Assembly (NCBI GenBank): GCA_002104905.1
Contig: MCFE01000470.1
Coordinates: 1-64,000 of the forward strand
Length of the DNA stretch: 64,000 nt
Direction of reading: 5' to 3'
DNA from: Basidiobolus meristosporus CBS 931.73
Taxonomy: Eukaryota > Fungi > Basidiobolomycota
The notes beneath the pieces were generated by a model that saw only the letters and a list, made by a program, of their open reading frames with translations, ran no database searches and was not told the origin of the DNA. This document shows, piece after piece, positions 27,201 through 39,174 of this stretch. The position numbers and the translations under genes are program-made. Each line of letters starts with the position of its first letter. Position 1 is the first letter of the stretch.

Positions 27201-28738
27201 ATGGAATATAGGTCAACTTGTATAGATTCTGATCTCTGATACCCAAAGCAATATGGGCACCAATTTGACCAGTGATCTTGCATCCAGAATTGTCAAAGCT
27301 GAAATTGAGTCCTTCTGCAGTGGTCTTGCTTACAGACAGAAGTTTCTTGGCTATTTCTTGTACATAGAGTACTTCTTCAAAGGTCAATGTATGCCTCACT
27401 TCTCTGCTTCTAAGGTTTACTTGGATAATTCCATCTCCCACTGTATCAAGTGCTCTATTTTCACCCAGGAAAACCTTCTTGATTGGAATTTCTTAATATT
27501 TGCTAAAATGTTCATTTTGGTGTGTAAAGTGTTGAGATACTTCAAAGTCAATGTACCACATCTGAGAATCCTTGTTTGTGTTCATACTTAGTGCAGATAT
27601 GAATAGGCAATCTTCAGTTGTTGCAATATTTTCATATTCAGGCTTTGTTTGCTGATTATCTCTCTCTTTCAGACACTGCTCTGATGTGTGTCCTTTCCTT
27701 TTGTAGAGGTTGCAAAACCAGCTGCTAATGCTTATGTAAGGTCTTGGGTACCGCCTTTGTTGGTTGTCATTGCTATCAAAGCATTTTCTTCTTCCTTCTT
27801 ATTTGTGCTTGATTTTCCTAAGTCTTTATCCAGGGACCTTCCATATATATAATTTAAGGTCAAACCTTCAGTTCTAGACTCCAGGGCTGATTCAAGGCCT
27901 GGAAACATGTCTGTCAGGCTATTCAGGATGACTACTATCACATCCTCATCAGTAGCTGGTATACACACAGATACCATCTCATCTATTAGCAGGGTAATTC
28001 TGTTTGTTGGATTTTTCATTTATTCTCCTGGCTGCATGTTTGTAGTAAGGAGTTTTTGTCACAGATACATTTTCTAAACAAATCAATATGACTGGTAGGT
28101 GTCTCCCAATGCCTTCCGGGCATTTATTGCTGTTTTTGCTCTTGAGCACTGAATTAGCAATTTGTCTTTGATACTAAGGCAAATGCAGTTCAAGGCACTT
28201 TGTTCTTTCTTTTGGTACTTTAAGGCTTCCTCTCCCACATTTTTAGGAGGGAATTCTTCTCCCATGGCAATATCCCAAAGGCCTCCTTCTTATAGCAGCA
28301 TCTTCATCTTAAATTTCTACACTATGTATATTGATCCATTCAACTTTTAAGCAGAGGGAAAAATTCCAGTAATAGCAGTTATAGACAATGCAGAGAGTGG
28401 CAGCTTGGAGCTCATAACCTGTTGTAAGAGTTTTGGAGATATTGGAAGTGATTGGGCAGACTAGTAGATTATGTGGCTTTCACTTAATGATTTATTGAAT
28501 GTAAAAGTAGTATTTATACTTTTACATGGTCTTGGCATCAAATTCACCTAGAATAGGTTAAGGAAAGTTCCAAGTGCATATATGCAAAGCTTGGGACTAT
28601 TTAGACAACTTTGAGAATCTACATGCTCAGGGTACCTGGTATTTTGGTTAAAATATTCTAAGTAAATTCCAACAAGGAATTTGGTCAGTATTCTCTAAGA
28701 TTTGAAGGTAATGCTCTAAGTGATTAAGTTAGGTGAAT
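24290..28738 (-). mobile_element. Degraded Ty1/copia element (copia-2a) with eroded LTRs
   Basis: LTR remnants at ~24290-24437 (followed by PPT complement CTCCCACTCA) and 28420-28738. PBS GGTTATGAGCTC (28408-28419). Fragments of RNase H (24449-24742), RT (25539-25751), integrase (26783-27151) and gag (27732-28265). Confidence 0.9.
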
Positions 28739-29086
28739 GTACAGCATTAACAAGCAACAAGTCTCTATTAGGACAGTTGTATCCAAGAATACCAGTACTC
28801 TCCTATACACAAGCCAGTTTCTACACTTAGCAATACAAATACACACTAACAAGAACCAGAGCACACCTGTGAGTGGGACTAAAATACAGCAGGGAGGAGG
28901 AATTGACTTGTTGCATTAGGTGGTGCAGATGGTGCCAGAGAATGCCAGCCTGTTATAGGGCAAGAAAGATGCTTCTCTCAATGGATGTCTTGCATGAGTA
29001 AACTGTGCATTAATAAGTATCTTGACTATTTTGCCTATTCTGCCATTATCTCCTTTGTATGACTTTCCTCTGGATTTACCTGCCAA

Positions 29087-30130
29087 TGTGGTGGTGTATA
29101 GATCCAAGGGAGAGATATGTCCAACACTTCTCAAGTGTTTTGTGTGAGGGGTGTTCACTGGGTGCGTTAACCTCTGGCAGAAGCTTGCTAGGAATACTTG
29201 GGTTCTGTCTCTAATCTAATGTGAAGAGGAATAAAGCCAGAAGCTTGTCAAGGGAAAACTATTGAGCTACAATCCCCAACTTAGTTGGCATCTTAACAAA
29301 AGTATGTGCTGGGTTCAGCATCCTTTGAGATGACAATGTACTAAAGCTTCCAAAGTCAAAACAACTGTAAACTCCACCAGCAGGGACTTGATAAGAATGC
29401 AGCTGTGGTCAATAGTTACAAAGACAGAAAAGTATCTTTGCCTGTACAAGAACACACTTGGGAAAGAATCAAATATAATAAAAGATACCTACTCTGAGTA
29501 TTCCTCACAAGTAGTGCCTGCAAGGTCAAATGGCTGTCAGCACAGTTTCCTGGGAGTGTCCTGTGGTCTAGGGTTGGAAGTTCAGGTAGCAGCAGGTTGC
29601 AGTGATCACACTAATCAACAAGTTGGTATATTGATAAAAGGGATGATGATTTATTGTTGAGGGATAGCCTCCCTTATATACTTTTCTTACAGGCTAAGTG
29701 ATTACTAATCATGGTGCTCCAGAAGGTTCCAGATATCAATAGAAATCTTAATGACATCAGAATGACCTAAGTATGTTCTAAGTAGGTGCTGGAAGGTTCT
29801 AAGAGGCACAGCACATCCAACCAATCAGGAATCAGTACTCTGAAACCTGTGTAACATATGAATACGGTGACACAGCTTGATCATGTGTCATGGGTACTGG
29901 TGCGGGTACTTGCCTAATACAGAGGCACTTATAGCTAGTAATCTTACATAAAGTGAGGGGTAACTTATGCAATATGGTAAGCAGGTGTGATAGTCAACTG
30001 GCTTATGGGACAGTACTGATTGGGTAAGATTAATAGGATAAAACTAAAATAAGTGTAGTAGAGATATAGGGAAGTAGAAAATAAGGGAATGTGCACATCT
30101 GTCAGTGGGTGTCACTGTCACCCCACTACA
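29087..30130. mobile_element. Solo LTR, family B (1044 bp)
   Basis: TGTGG...CTACA termini, 4-bp TSD CCAA, homologous to 17659-18729. Confidence 0.9.
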
Positions 30131-30189
30131 CCAATACACTAAATCTTGTCAAATAACTAAATGTTTGCTCTACTCTCACTGTGAAATGA

Positions 30190-30960
30190 TTAAGAATTTT
30201 ATTAGACTTATCTCCATAATGTCCAAGTTATGCTCTGCTCTAACTCTGCAATGATTAAATATATCAATGTAGAGCTTCTACTTCATGCTAAGCACACCAT
30301 TACTTGGCTTCCTATAAGCTGTGATACATCTTACTCTCTGACTATCATCTCTTATACACACAAAGTCTGCCATACATTTCTCCCCTCTACTGAATTCTGG
30401 TTGATTCTCTACCCAGAGTGCTTTGTCATGCATACTTCCAGCAAATAGCCCACTGAACCAGATGATGTTACCTTCAATGTCAGACAGTGCTTGAACCTGT
30501 TGTAAACAATTGCATATCCACCTAAATACTCACCTATCTTAGTCACTTAGATCATCACCTTCAAATCCTAGAGAATACTGACCAAATTCCTTGTTGGAAT
30601 TTACTTAGAATATTTTCACCAATACACCAGGTACCCAGAACATGAAAATTCTCAAAGTTACCCAAACAGCCCCAAGCTTTGCACACCTGTTCTTGCAACC
30701 TTCCTTTACCTATTCTACATGTTTGTAATGCCAAGATCAGGTAAAAGTATAAATACTACTTTTACATTCAATAAATCATTAATTGAAAACCACATAATCT
30801 ACTTGTCCTCCCAATTACTTCCAATATCTCCAAGACTCTTACAACAGAAACTTCACACAGTGTACCATGTGTTTACCAAAATAAAATGTCTCTGCCCTCT
30901 AGAAGGTATGTTATTTCTGACTGGGGAGGTGTCCAATATACTCTAGATAGGTAAACTAGT
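30190..30960 (-). pseudogene. PIF/Harbinger-ISL2EU-type (DDE_Tnp_4) transposase relic, split by a copia solo LTR
   Basis: After removing 30498-30846 and one TSD, the minus strand reads TFYFGKHMVHCVKFQALSDIEGNIIWFSGLFAGSMHD...CMAD...CITAYRKP...FNHCRVRAEHN. This matches the YSGK..H..K.Q...D..G.I...SG...GS.HD...LAD...P..KP...R.RVE pattern of this family. Confidence 0.7.
30498..30846 (+). mobile_element. Solo LTR of the copia-2 family
   Basis: TGTTG...CAACA termini, reverse complement of 43019-43367 and 28420-28738, TSD GAACC/GAAAC (4 of 5 match). Confidence 0.85.
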
Positions 30961-31379
30961 GCTGACCACTATGGAATATGAAAGTCTGTTGGAGCTTCTG
31001 AGCCTAGTATTTTGAGCATGTTCTAAACCATTCATGCCCTCTGCAAGATAGTTCTCCATTGCAGTCAGCTGCAAATGAAAGCTTCTGCAACCTTTGTGGC
31101 CATGGATGGTTGAATGAAACCTTTTAAAGATATGTAATGGCAGAGAAGCTGAACAAGGGATCTTCTTGAGTAGATTGGGGTAGAGGGTTCACTGTACTCA
31201 ATATAGATCTCATGTAATGTGTAAGAAGGAAATCCAGTGGTAGTGATGGGATTGATGAGAAAACACTATTTGGATGAGTACCCTATGAAAATAACTTGGT
31301 CTTTTAGGTGGATACAATCCAAATTAACAATCAGGATCCTCTCAGGAGACCACCATAATACCAGCTGCTTTGAACTAAT

Positions 31380-31907
31380 TGTCACAATGACATGACATCC
31401 CTGGTCTTCAATTATCTAGCCAAATCTAGTCAGTGAAGAAGTCCCAGTTCCTTCTAGAAAGTTCTACTACATTCTAGCAATATTTTTAAAGCTCCATGTC
31501 AATGTTGCACAATGAAACATTCTTTGGAAGCTTCCCACTAGAGTTTATGTAGTTGCATGCCATATATGATCACTACAGGTCACATGACCTAGTCACATGA
31601 TCAGCTGACCCCTGACATATCTCCATTTGATATTCCAGTTTGTTCTTTAGTATATTCTATCTTGGCACACTTACTGTGCCTCACCCCAGGACCCCATCAG
31701 TATTAGCGGATATCTCTTGGCATCCATATTGCCAAAGAGTATATATAGTCCTATCCCTCCTTATGTATTCCTCAGTCTGATAAACACAGGCCTTGAATAA
31801 ACAGCCTTGCCTTGGAAACACACTGTGCCTTGTTGCTCCACACTTAAGTCCTTTCCTGGTCCTGCCTTGCCTAGCTCTACTCTCCTACCTTGTGTCTATT
31901 CGTAACA
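31380..31907 (+). mobile_element. LTR, family D
   Basis: TGTCA...TAACA termini, homologous to 23010-23554. TSD is imperfect (CTAAT/TTAGT). Confidence 0.7.
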
Positions 31908-32550
31908 TTAGTGGCCCTCTACCCAATATTAGGATGGGATCACAATGGTGTTTGGTGCCAAATAAAGCTAAAAAATATAACGGTGTATAGGTGGTATTTT
32001 GCCAAGGGTAGCATGGCATTGTTGCAGTCTTAATGTGCTTTACAACTATTTGAGTGGATCTTACTAGCAGTACTTCCAATTGCCTTATATGGCAAAAACT
32101 TGATGGTGTTTTGATGGCCTCATTGCAAGCCTCTGATGGCATTATCACAGCAGTATGGCCGCACACTGCTGTGTGTATAATGCTATCATAACAACTTACC
32201 AAATGGTACTTCCCCTTTCTACCTCCCCTTGCACAGCTCATATATTCCATTATAGAATCACCTCTCTTTATTTGCTTACCCATTAATTCTTTGGGTATTC
32301 CACATATAGTTTAAACCAGAAAAAACTATGGCCTCCAGCTTACTGATCTCTACAAATACGCACACTTGCCACAATTGGCATACTTCTATTGCCTCAGCTT
32401 AACAGCTTTTTAGTGTGATACTTGCAAAGTTGCCATATACCTTTTTATGCTTGTATCATATACATCTTTCAGACATATGTTTGGTTACCACCACTTCTGC
32501 CATCAACACTTCCTGAATAGTGCAAAGAAAATTTTGTAACTTAGCCAATA

Positions 32551-33281
32551 GACTTGTTCCGTTGGATAGTGCCACATTGAGCCATTAGTGCCAAATGATG
32601 CCATAGTGTGCCAGAGAGGCCAATTGAGCCTCTACCTGGCCACAGGGTGTGAAACATAGCTCCGTATCTTCATGCAAAGCAGCCCCTGTGTTTCACCCAT
32701 TGTGCTGGAGAAAATCCATTTTTTGACATTTTTTTGTGGATCAATGTAGCCCAGGATGTGTGAGAGCACAGGAGAACTGAAGATATGCATCTGGTACTCA
32801 ATACCCATGGCACTCTGAATCTAGCTCCTGTAGCTTGTATCATCTCACAAAAATGAATGGCACTATCTTGGTCCACTGGTACTATCTGGCACTATATTTA
32901 AATATTAGCCCTAAAATAAGATCTATACAAAGCACCTATAGTGCCAGATAGTACCAGTGGACCAAGATAGTGCCATTCATTTTTGTGACATGATACAAGC
33001 TACAGGAGCTAGATTCAGAGTGCCATGGGTATTGAGTACCAGATGCATATCTTCAATCTGCTTGTGCTCTTACATATCCTGCACAACATTGATCCAAAAA
33101 AAAGGTCAAAAAATGGATTTTCTCCAACACAATGGGTGAAACACAGGGACTGCTTTGCATGAAGATGCAGAGCTATGTTTCACACCCTGTGGCCAGGTAG
33201 AGGCTCAATTGGCCTCTCTGGCACACTATGGCATCATTTGGCACTCATGGCTCAATGTGGCACTATCCAATGGAACCAGTC
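32551..33281. mobile_element. Foldback-type element: ~345-bp inverted arms with a 40-bp spacer
   Basis: Arms at 32551-32896 and 32937-33281 are reverse complements, ~94% identical by eye. Interrupts a CACTA-derived sequence whose uninterrupted form is at ~14630-14690. Confidence 0.85.
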
Positions 33282-33413
33282 AAATATATTTCTTCTCCCT
33301 ACTTGATTCTAGTCCCCCTTATAGGTGTACTCTGGCTCTTGTCATTGTGAATTCTACGTTAAATGGTGTAGAAGTATGCTTATGAACAGCAGAACCCTGC
33401 TTTGCATTGGTAT

Positions 33414-33942
33414 TATCATGATGATGTGACATCCCTGGTCTCTTATGTTCAGGCTAAATCAAGTTGGTGAAGAAATTCAGTTCCTTATGGAAAGTTCTAC
33501 CACATTCTAGCAACTTCTGGAAAGCTCTAAGTTAACATTACACAATGGAGCACTCTATGGAAGCTCCCCTTTGAAATTTATGTGGCTCAATACCATATAT
33601 GGTAGTTGCACCTCACATGACATAGTCACATGATCAGCTGATCCCTGATATACCCCCATGTGATATTCTAGTCTGTTTGTCAGTATATTTCTAGCTTGGC
33701 ACACTTATTGTGCCTCACCCCAGAACCCCACCAGTATTAGCCAATATCACTTGGCATCTATATTGCCAAAAAGTATACATAGTCTTATACCCCCCTTATA
33801 TATTCCTCAGTCTGATATGCATTGGTCTTGAATAAACAGCCTTGCCTTGGAAATCCACCTTGCCTTGTTGATCTACACCTAAGCCCTTTCCTGGTCCTGC
33901 CTTGCCTAGCTCTACTCTTCCTCCTTGTGTCCATTTATAACA
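33414..33942 (+). mobile_element. LTR, family D
   Basis: Homologous to 31380-31907, ends in TATAACA. No clear TSD. Confidence 0.7.
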
Positions 33943-34329
33943 GTCTTATCAGACTGAGCTTGACTTACATGTGGATTTCTGCCTTATACACAAAGTTCTT
34001 GAGAAGAACTTGTAAAGGAATACCTACCCTAAGTATCACCCTGCATCTTTCCCTAGTCTTGTCCTCTGTAGGTAAAGATATGTTATCTTTGTAAAATTAT
34101 TAGCCAAAGCTGCATTCACTTTATCACCCTGCTGGTGTGGTTGACAGCTGTTACAGTAATGGAAGCTTTAGTACAATACTCTATCAAAGGATGTTACAGC
34201 CATTACCTTCTGAAATGAAGCTAATTTATTCCAAGTTGTGGATTGTGGCTCAATAATTGTATTCTTTACAAACTAGTGGCTTTATAACCCACATAATAGC
34301 TAGTAGTACCCAGTATTCCTGAACAAGCT

Positions 34330-34965
34330 CAAGAAACCTCTCCACCCCCTGCTACCCCAACATATCCAGTCCTGAGTACAACTTTGCAAGTGTCATGGCT
34401 GCCTTTGCCCAGCTGCAACAAGAAAATGCAGATCTCTGAAGTACTGTTGCTCAGCTTCAGAGCCAAAATACTCAACAGCCTATCCATACTCTCTCCTACC
34501 ATGATCCCAAAATCACTTCCACTACCAAGTTCAGTGGCTCCCAAATGAGCCCCATGGCTTCATCAACATAGTCAAACACCACCTGTTGCTACAACCCAAT
34601 TGGTTCCCAACAGGGCAAGCAAAAGTTGGATATATCTCTAACCTGCTCACTGGAACTGCTCAAAAATGGTCCTACCCTTTGGTGGAAACCAACCCCCCTC
34701 TACATGGTGACTACCATGCCTTCCTCATAGTAATGGAGCTAACATTTGGCAATGTTGACCAAGCCAGAACTGCTGTCAACAAGATCAAGAACTTGAGGCA
34801 AGGAAACAAACCTGCATTAGCCTATGCTTCTGAATTCCAGCTACTAGCCAGTGACTTGAGCCTTTGGGGCAATGCCACCCTAAATAGTCAGTTTCAAGAT
34901 GAACTCAATGATGAAGTCAGTGACCTACTACTCACACTCTCTGACCTGCCTACCTTGGGCAAACC
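34330..34965 (+). pseudogene. Retrotransposon gag fragment (Ty3/gypsy type)
   Basis: AKVGYISNLLTGTAQKWSYP...FLIVMELTFGN...KIKNLRQGNKPALAYASEFQLLASDL.W is a typical gypsy gag capsid pattern. No pol follows. Confidence 0.75.
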
Positions 34966-35031
34966 TAATATTATTGCATATTTACAAATTCTATCATACC
35001 AATTTGGGTTTAACAAAACTTGGAGATGTTT

Positions 35032-35890
35032 TCTGTGCTTAATCTCATAGTTAACTGCCCAACATATTATCTCTATTAAAATTACAGACAAAAAACAAAT
35101 TGGGAGAACAATATCCAGGAGAAACTTAAATTTGTAAGCCTATAAACTTCCAATATAAATTCCAACAAGAAACGTATAGAAGTTTTGTCCAATTGCATAA
35201 GTTAAGTCTCCCATCAAAAAGATTTTTTTTGTGTTATTAACCAAATGCAATAAGTGTATAAATCACTAATTATATGATAAATTTTTAAACAACTTGCCAA
35301 AACTTTTTTCTAACTCATGTTACACCTTTTCTGAAAGTTTATTGTTGACAAAAATGTTTTTAAATTCTTCCAGTTTGGTTTCAGAGGAATACTTGATGTA
35401 GTTTGGAGAAATGTTATTTAAGAATTGGTCAAATTCTCGCTTTAAGTCTTCACATTTTTGGTTTGCCTGTTCTACATTTTGTTTAACTTTGTCAAATTTT
35501 TGCAAAAGTTCTAAATTTTGATTAGTTCCCTGATTGCATTTAAGTAGTAATTGTTCTTGTTTTTTAAAATTTTGTTGATTTTCATTACTGTTTTTTATTA
35601 ATTTGTTAATTTGTGAAAGGCAGTTTAAACAAACTGCAACTTGTTCCATTGTTATTCTAGCATAATTTTCATGGCAAATTTTTTCAGGACCAAAGAGTTT
35701 AATATCCCAATTAATATTATTTAAAACAGATAAATTGTACTTGTTTAAATTAATGGGTGATTTAAAATAAAAATGTAGCTAAGAAATAAAATAATTGCAT
35801 ATTGGATATAACAAACAATAGACTCTGATAAATCTAATTATTTTTTATTATCATGAAATAATGTATGCATTAATAATATTATATATATTA
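35032..35890 (-). other. AT-rich island with a coiled-coil-like open frame of unknown origin
   Basis: About 17-27% GC in hand-counted lines versus ~38-40% in the flanks. The frame is open from ~35778 to 35320. Bounded by ~55-bp imperfect direct repeats (~34971-35022 and ~35888-35941). Confidence 0.45.
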
Positions 35891-35947
35891 TTCCATATAT
35901 TTACAATTGCCATCATACCAACTTGGATTTAACAGAACTTGTAAATA

Positions 35948-36351
35948 GACTTGTTCTGTTGGATGGTGCCACATTGAGCCATGAGTGCCAAATGCTGCCA
36001 GGGTGTGCCAAGAAGGCCAAGTGAGCCTATACTGGCCACAGAGTGTGAAACACAGCTCTGCACATTCATGCAAAGTAGCCCCTGTGTTTCACCCATTGAG
36101 CTGGAGAAAATCTATTTTTTGACCTTTATTTTTGGATCAACAATGTTCAGGATGTGTGAGAACACGGAAGGACTGAAGACATGCATCTGATACTCAGTAC
36201 CCATGGCACTCTGAATCTAGCTCCTGTGGCTTGTATCATGTCACAAAAATGATTGGCACTATCTTGGTCCACTGGTGCTATGAGGCACTGTATTTTAATA
36301 TTAGCCCTAAAGTAAAACCTATATAAAGCACTTATAGTGCCAGATAGTACC
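35948..36351. mobile_element. Second, truncated foldback copy (left arm, spacer, ~20 bp of right arm)
   Basis: Aligns to 32551-32960 including the spacer. Cut off by the copia LTR at ~36354. Confidence 0.85.
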
Positions 36352-37787
36352 ATAGGTTAAGGAAGGTCCCAAGATCATGTGTGCAAAGTTTGGGGCTGTT
36401 TGGACAACTTTGAGAGTTTTCATGTTCTGGGTACCTGGTATTTTGGTGAAAATGTTCTAAGTAAATCCCAACAAGGAATTTGGTCAGTATTCTCTAGGAT
36501 TTGAAGGCAGTGATCTAAGTGACTAAGTTAGGTGAATATTTAGGTGGAATTGCAAACTTTTACAACTCTGCCACTAAGCTACATGTTCATACTGACTAGT
36601 CCTAATTTTGACCTAAGATATTCAAGCTTATCTCTGACTAATGGTCTGGTAAATATGTCTGCAGTCATTTCATCTGAAGGACAGTGAACTGAGCTAACTA
36701 AGTTATTCTCTGTAGCTTTATGCATGAACTGATGTCTAATATCTATGTGCTTAGTTCTATCATGAAAAGTTGGATTTCTACCTCATTGTATACATCCTTG
36801 ATTATCTTGAAATAAAGTAATAGGGGTTATTCAACAGAGGCCTAAATCTGTAAAAAGCTTTCTTAACCACATTGCTTTATTTGTAGCTTCACAGGCTGCC
36901 ATGTACTCTGCCTCTGTGTTAGGAAGTGCTATGATTGGTTGCTTTCTTGAGTTCCATGATATTGCTCCTTTACAGTATAGACAGGTGTATCCTGTGGTGG
37001 ATACTCTGTCTTCCAAATTTTGTCCCCAATCAGCATCAGAGCATCCTACAAGATTCTGTTCTGAATCTTTATAAGCATATCCTAAGCAGATATCAGCAGT
37101 TCCTTTTGGATATCTAAAAATCTGCTTGACTGCTGCAATATGATCAGATCCATAGCTCTGATTATGCTGGCTGACAACTCCCACTGAATATGAGATATCT
37201 GGTTGTGTTCCAAGTATGATATACATCAGACTACCAACCATAGATTGATAAGGAAAGTCAGGGCTTTCAGATGGCACCAAGCTCTCTTGATTTGGCTGAG
37301 TTTTGACCAAGTTAAGGTTTCACTCCATTGGGGCAGCTGCCAGTTTACAGACTTCCATTTGGTACTTCTTTAGTATATCTTGAATTTACTTGGATTTGTG
37401 TAAGGTGATAGTCTGGGTACATCTGTCTATGGAGAACTTAATTCCTAAGTAGTAACTGAGTTCTCTTAGATCAGACATCTTGAACTCCTCAGATAGGCTG
37501 GATTTAGTCTCTTCCAATGTTTCTAGGTTATTGGAGGCTATAATAAGATCATCCACATATAGAGCTAAAAGAACTGGATCTGCTCTATCTGGCTTATAGT
37601 ATATACTATAGTCAGCATTACTTGTTTTGAAACTCAAAGATTCCAGATAAGAATCTATCTGGCAGTTCCAGGCTCTCAGTGATTGTTTGAGACCATATAG
37701 TGACTTTTTCAGCTTTCAGACCAAATTGGGGTTATCTTGGGCAACAAACTTATCAGGATGGTCCATATCCATATCCTCATTAAGTTC

Positions 37788-39174
37788 TGTTGTGTTGTAT
37801 TGTGATTAGTTTGGGGCTTGTCTACAATGTAGAGGCTAATCAACATTATACAACAGCTTCCAGTATGCTAATACTGAAATAGTTTATTGGGAGTTTGATA
37901 TACCAATAGAAGATATAACTTTCACTAATTTCCTCAATCTTAGGCTCAAAATATACTGTAGGCAGTGTTTATCACTTCTACAGCAGTGTTCTAACCTTCT
38001 GTTGACTAATGTGCTTATTTACTTTTATAGTAACTTTTCCTTATTTGGAAGTCACTTTCCTTTCTGAGAAAATATTTTCTAATATGGAAATTCTGAACTC
38101 CCCTTTAACCTAACGGGGTGTGTTGTAGAAGTCTCTAAAGGGGTCTTTAGACCTAAAGGGGTGTCTAAAGGGGTGTCTTTAGAGTAAATGGGCTTCTTGT
38201 AGTGGTCTCTAAAGTGGACCTTACACTAAAGGGGTGCCTAAAGGGGCTTCTTTAGAGTAGAGGGGTTTCTCAAAGGGGTCTCCAAAGGGGTCTTTAGACT
38301 AAAGGGGTGTCTAAAGGGGTGTCTTTAGAGTAACGGGGCTTCTTGTAGTGGTCTCTAAAGTGGACTTTACACTAAAGGGGTGCCTAAAGGGGCTTCTTTA
38401 GAGTAAAGGGGTTTCTTAAAGGGGTCTCCAAAGGGGTCTTTAGACTGAAGGGGTGTCTAAAGGGGTGTCTTTAGAGTAAAGGGGTTTCTTAGAGGGGACT
38501 TTTCCGACAGAAAAGTGGTAGTTTCTTGTAGAACTTAGATTGGATTCTTGTGAGCTTTGCAGTCTCTTTACTGATGTAGTACTGATCAAAATCAGAATAC
38601 TCAACAGTGCAAGTGATGCAGGGGAAGTCTTATAACCTTTAAACTTGTAATTGTAGTGTGGAGATTCTGGAAAGAGAGGCTACCCTTTATTTTTCAGCTG
38701 GGGAAGTTATATATATGAAAAGTTTGAAGGATCAAAGCTTTTGGGCAATTGCGCAAGCAATACATGTGATACAAAGCTAAAATTTTGCAGTGGCGCAGAT
38801 TGGACATAGGCACAGTACCTGTGAAAATGTCATGTGATTTGATTGGCTGGTTTGAAAGTTACACGCGATCAAAGTCACCCTAATAATCCTAGCAATAAGG
38901 CATAGTATATATAATAATTGGACTCTTTTGGTCATAACTCCTTAAGTGCTGCTTCAAATGAGCTGTAATTTGAATCATGTGTTGGCTACTATGTGTTCTG
39001 TATGACATAATATTATTGGGTGGATTGCTTCTCAGGGTCTGGAGCATTTGTTCTTCAAAGTTGGAAATTCTTGATCTTTCACTTATGTGTTACAATAGCA
39101 AAAAGCAAAATAAAGAAATGAGTGCAATATTGGTTTAGAGATATTGTAGTAATGGAATACTTTCCATTACCACA
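37788..39174 (-). mobile_element. 1387-bp insertion, probably a solo LTR (family E)
   Basis: TG...CA ends and 4-bp TSD GTTC (37784-37787 and 39175-39178). Removing it restores copia RT sequence matching 25640-25710. TATA-like run near 38710 and AATAAA near 37889 on the minus strand. Confidence 0.75.
38137..38497 (+). repeat. Minisatellite: ~146-bp higher-order unit x2.5 built from TAAAGGGG subunits
   Basis: Units start at 38137, 38284 and 38430. About 20 GGGG tracts on the plus strand. Confidence 0.9.

Noticed and set aside
28921-29086. Possible Tc1/mariner fragment
   Set aside because: The resemblance is weak across multiple stops. It is better explained as the downstream flank of the Harbinger-type relic.
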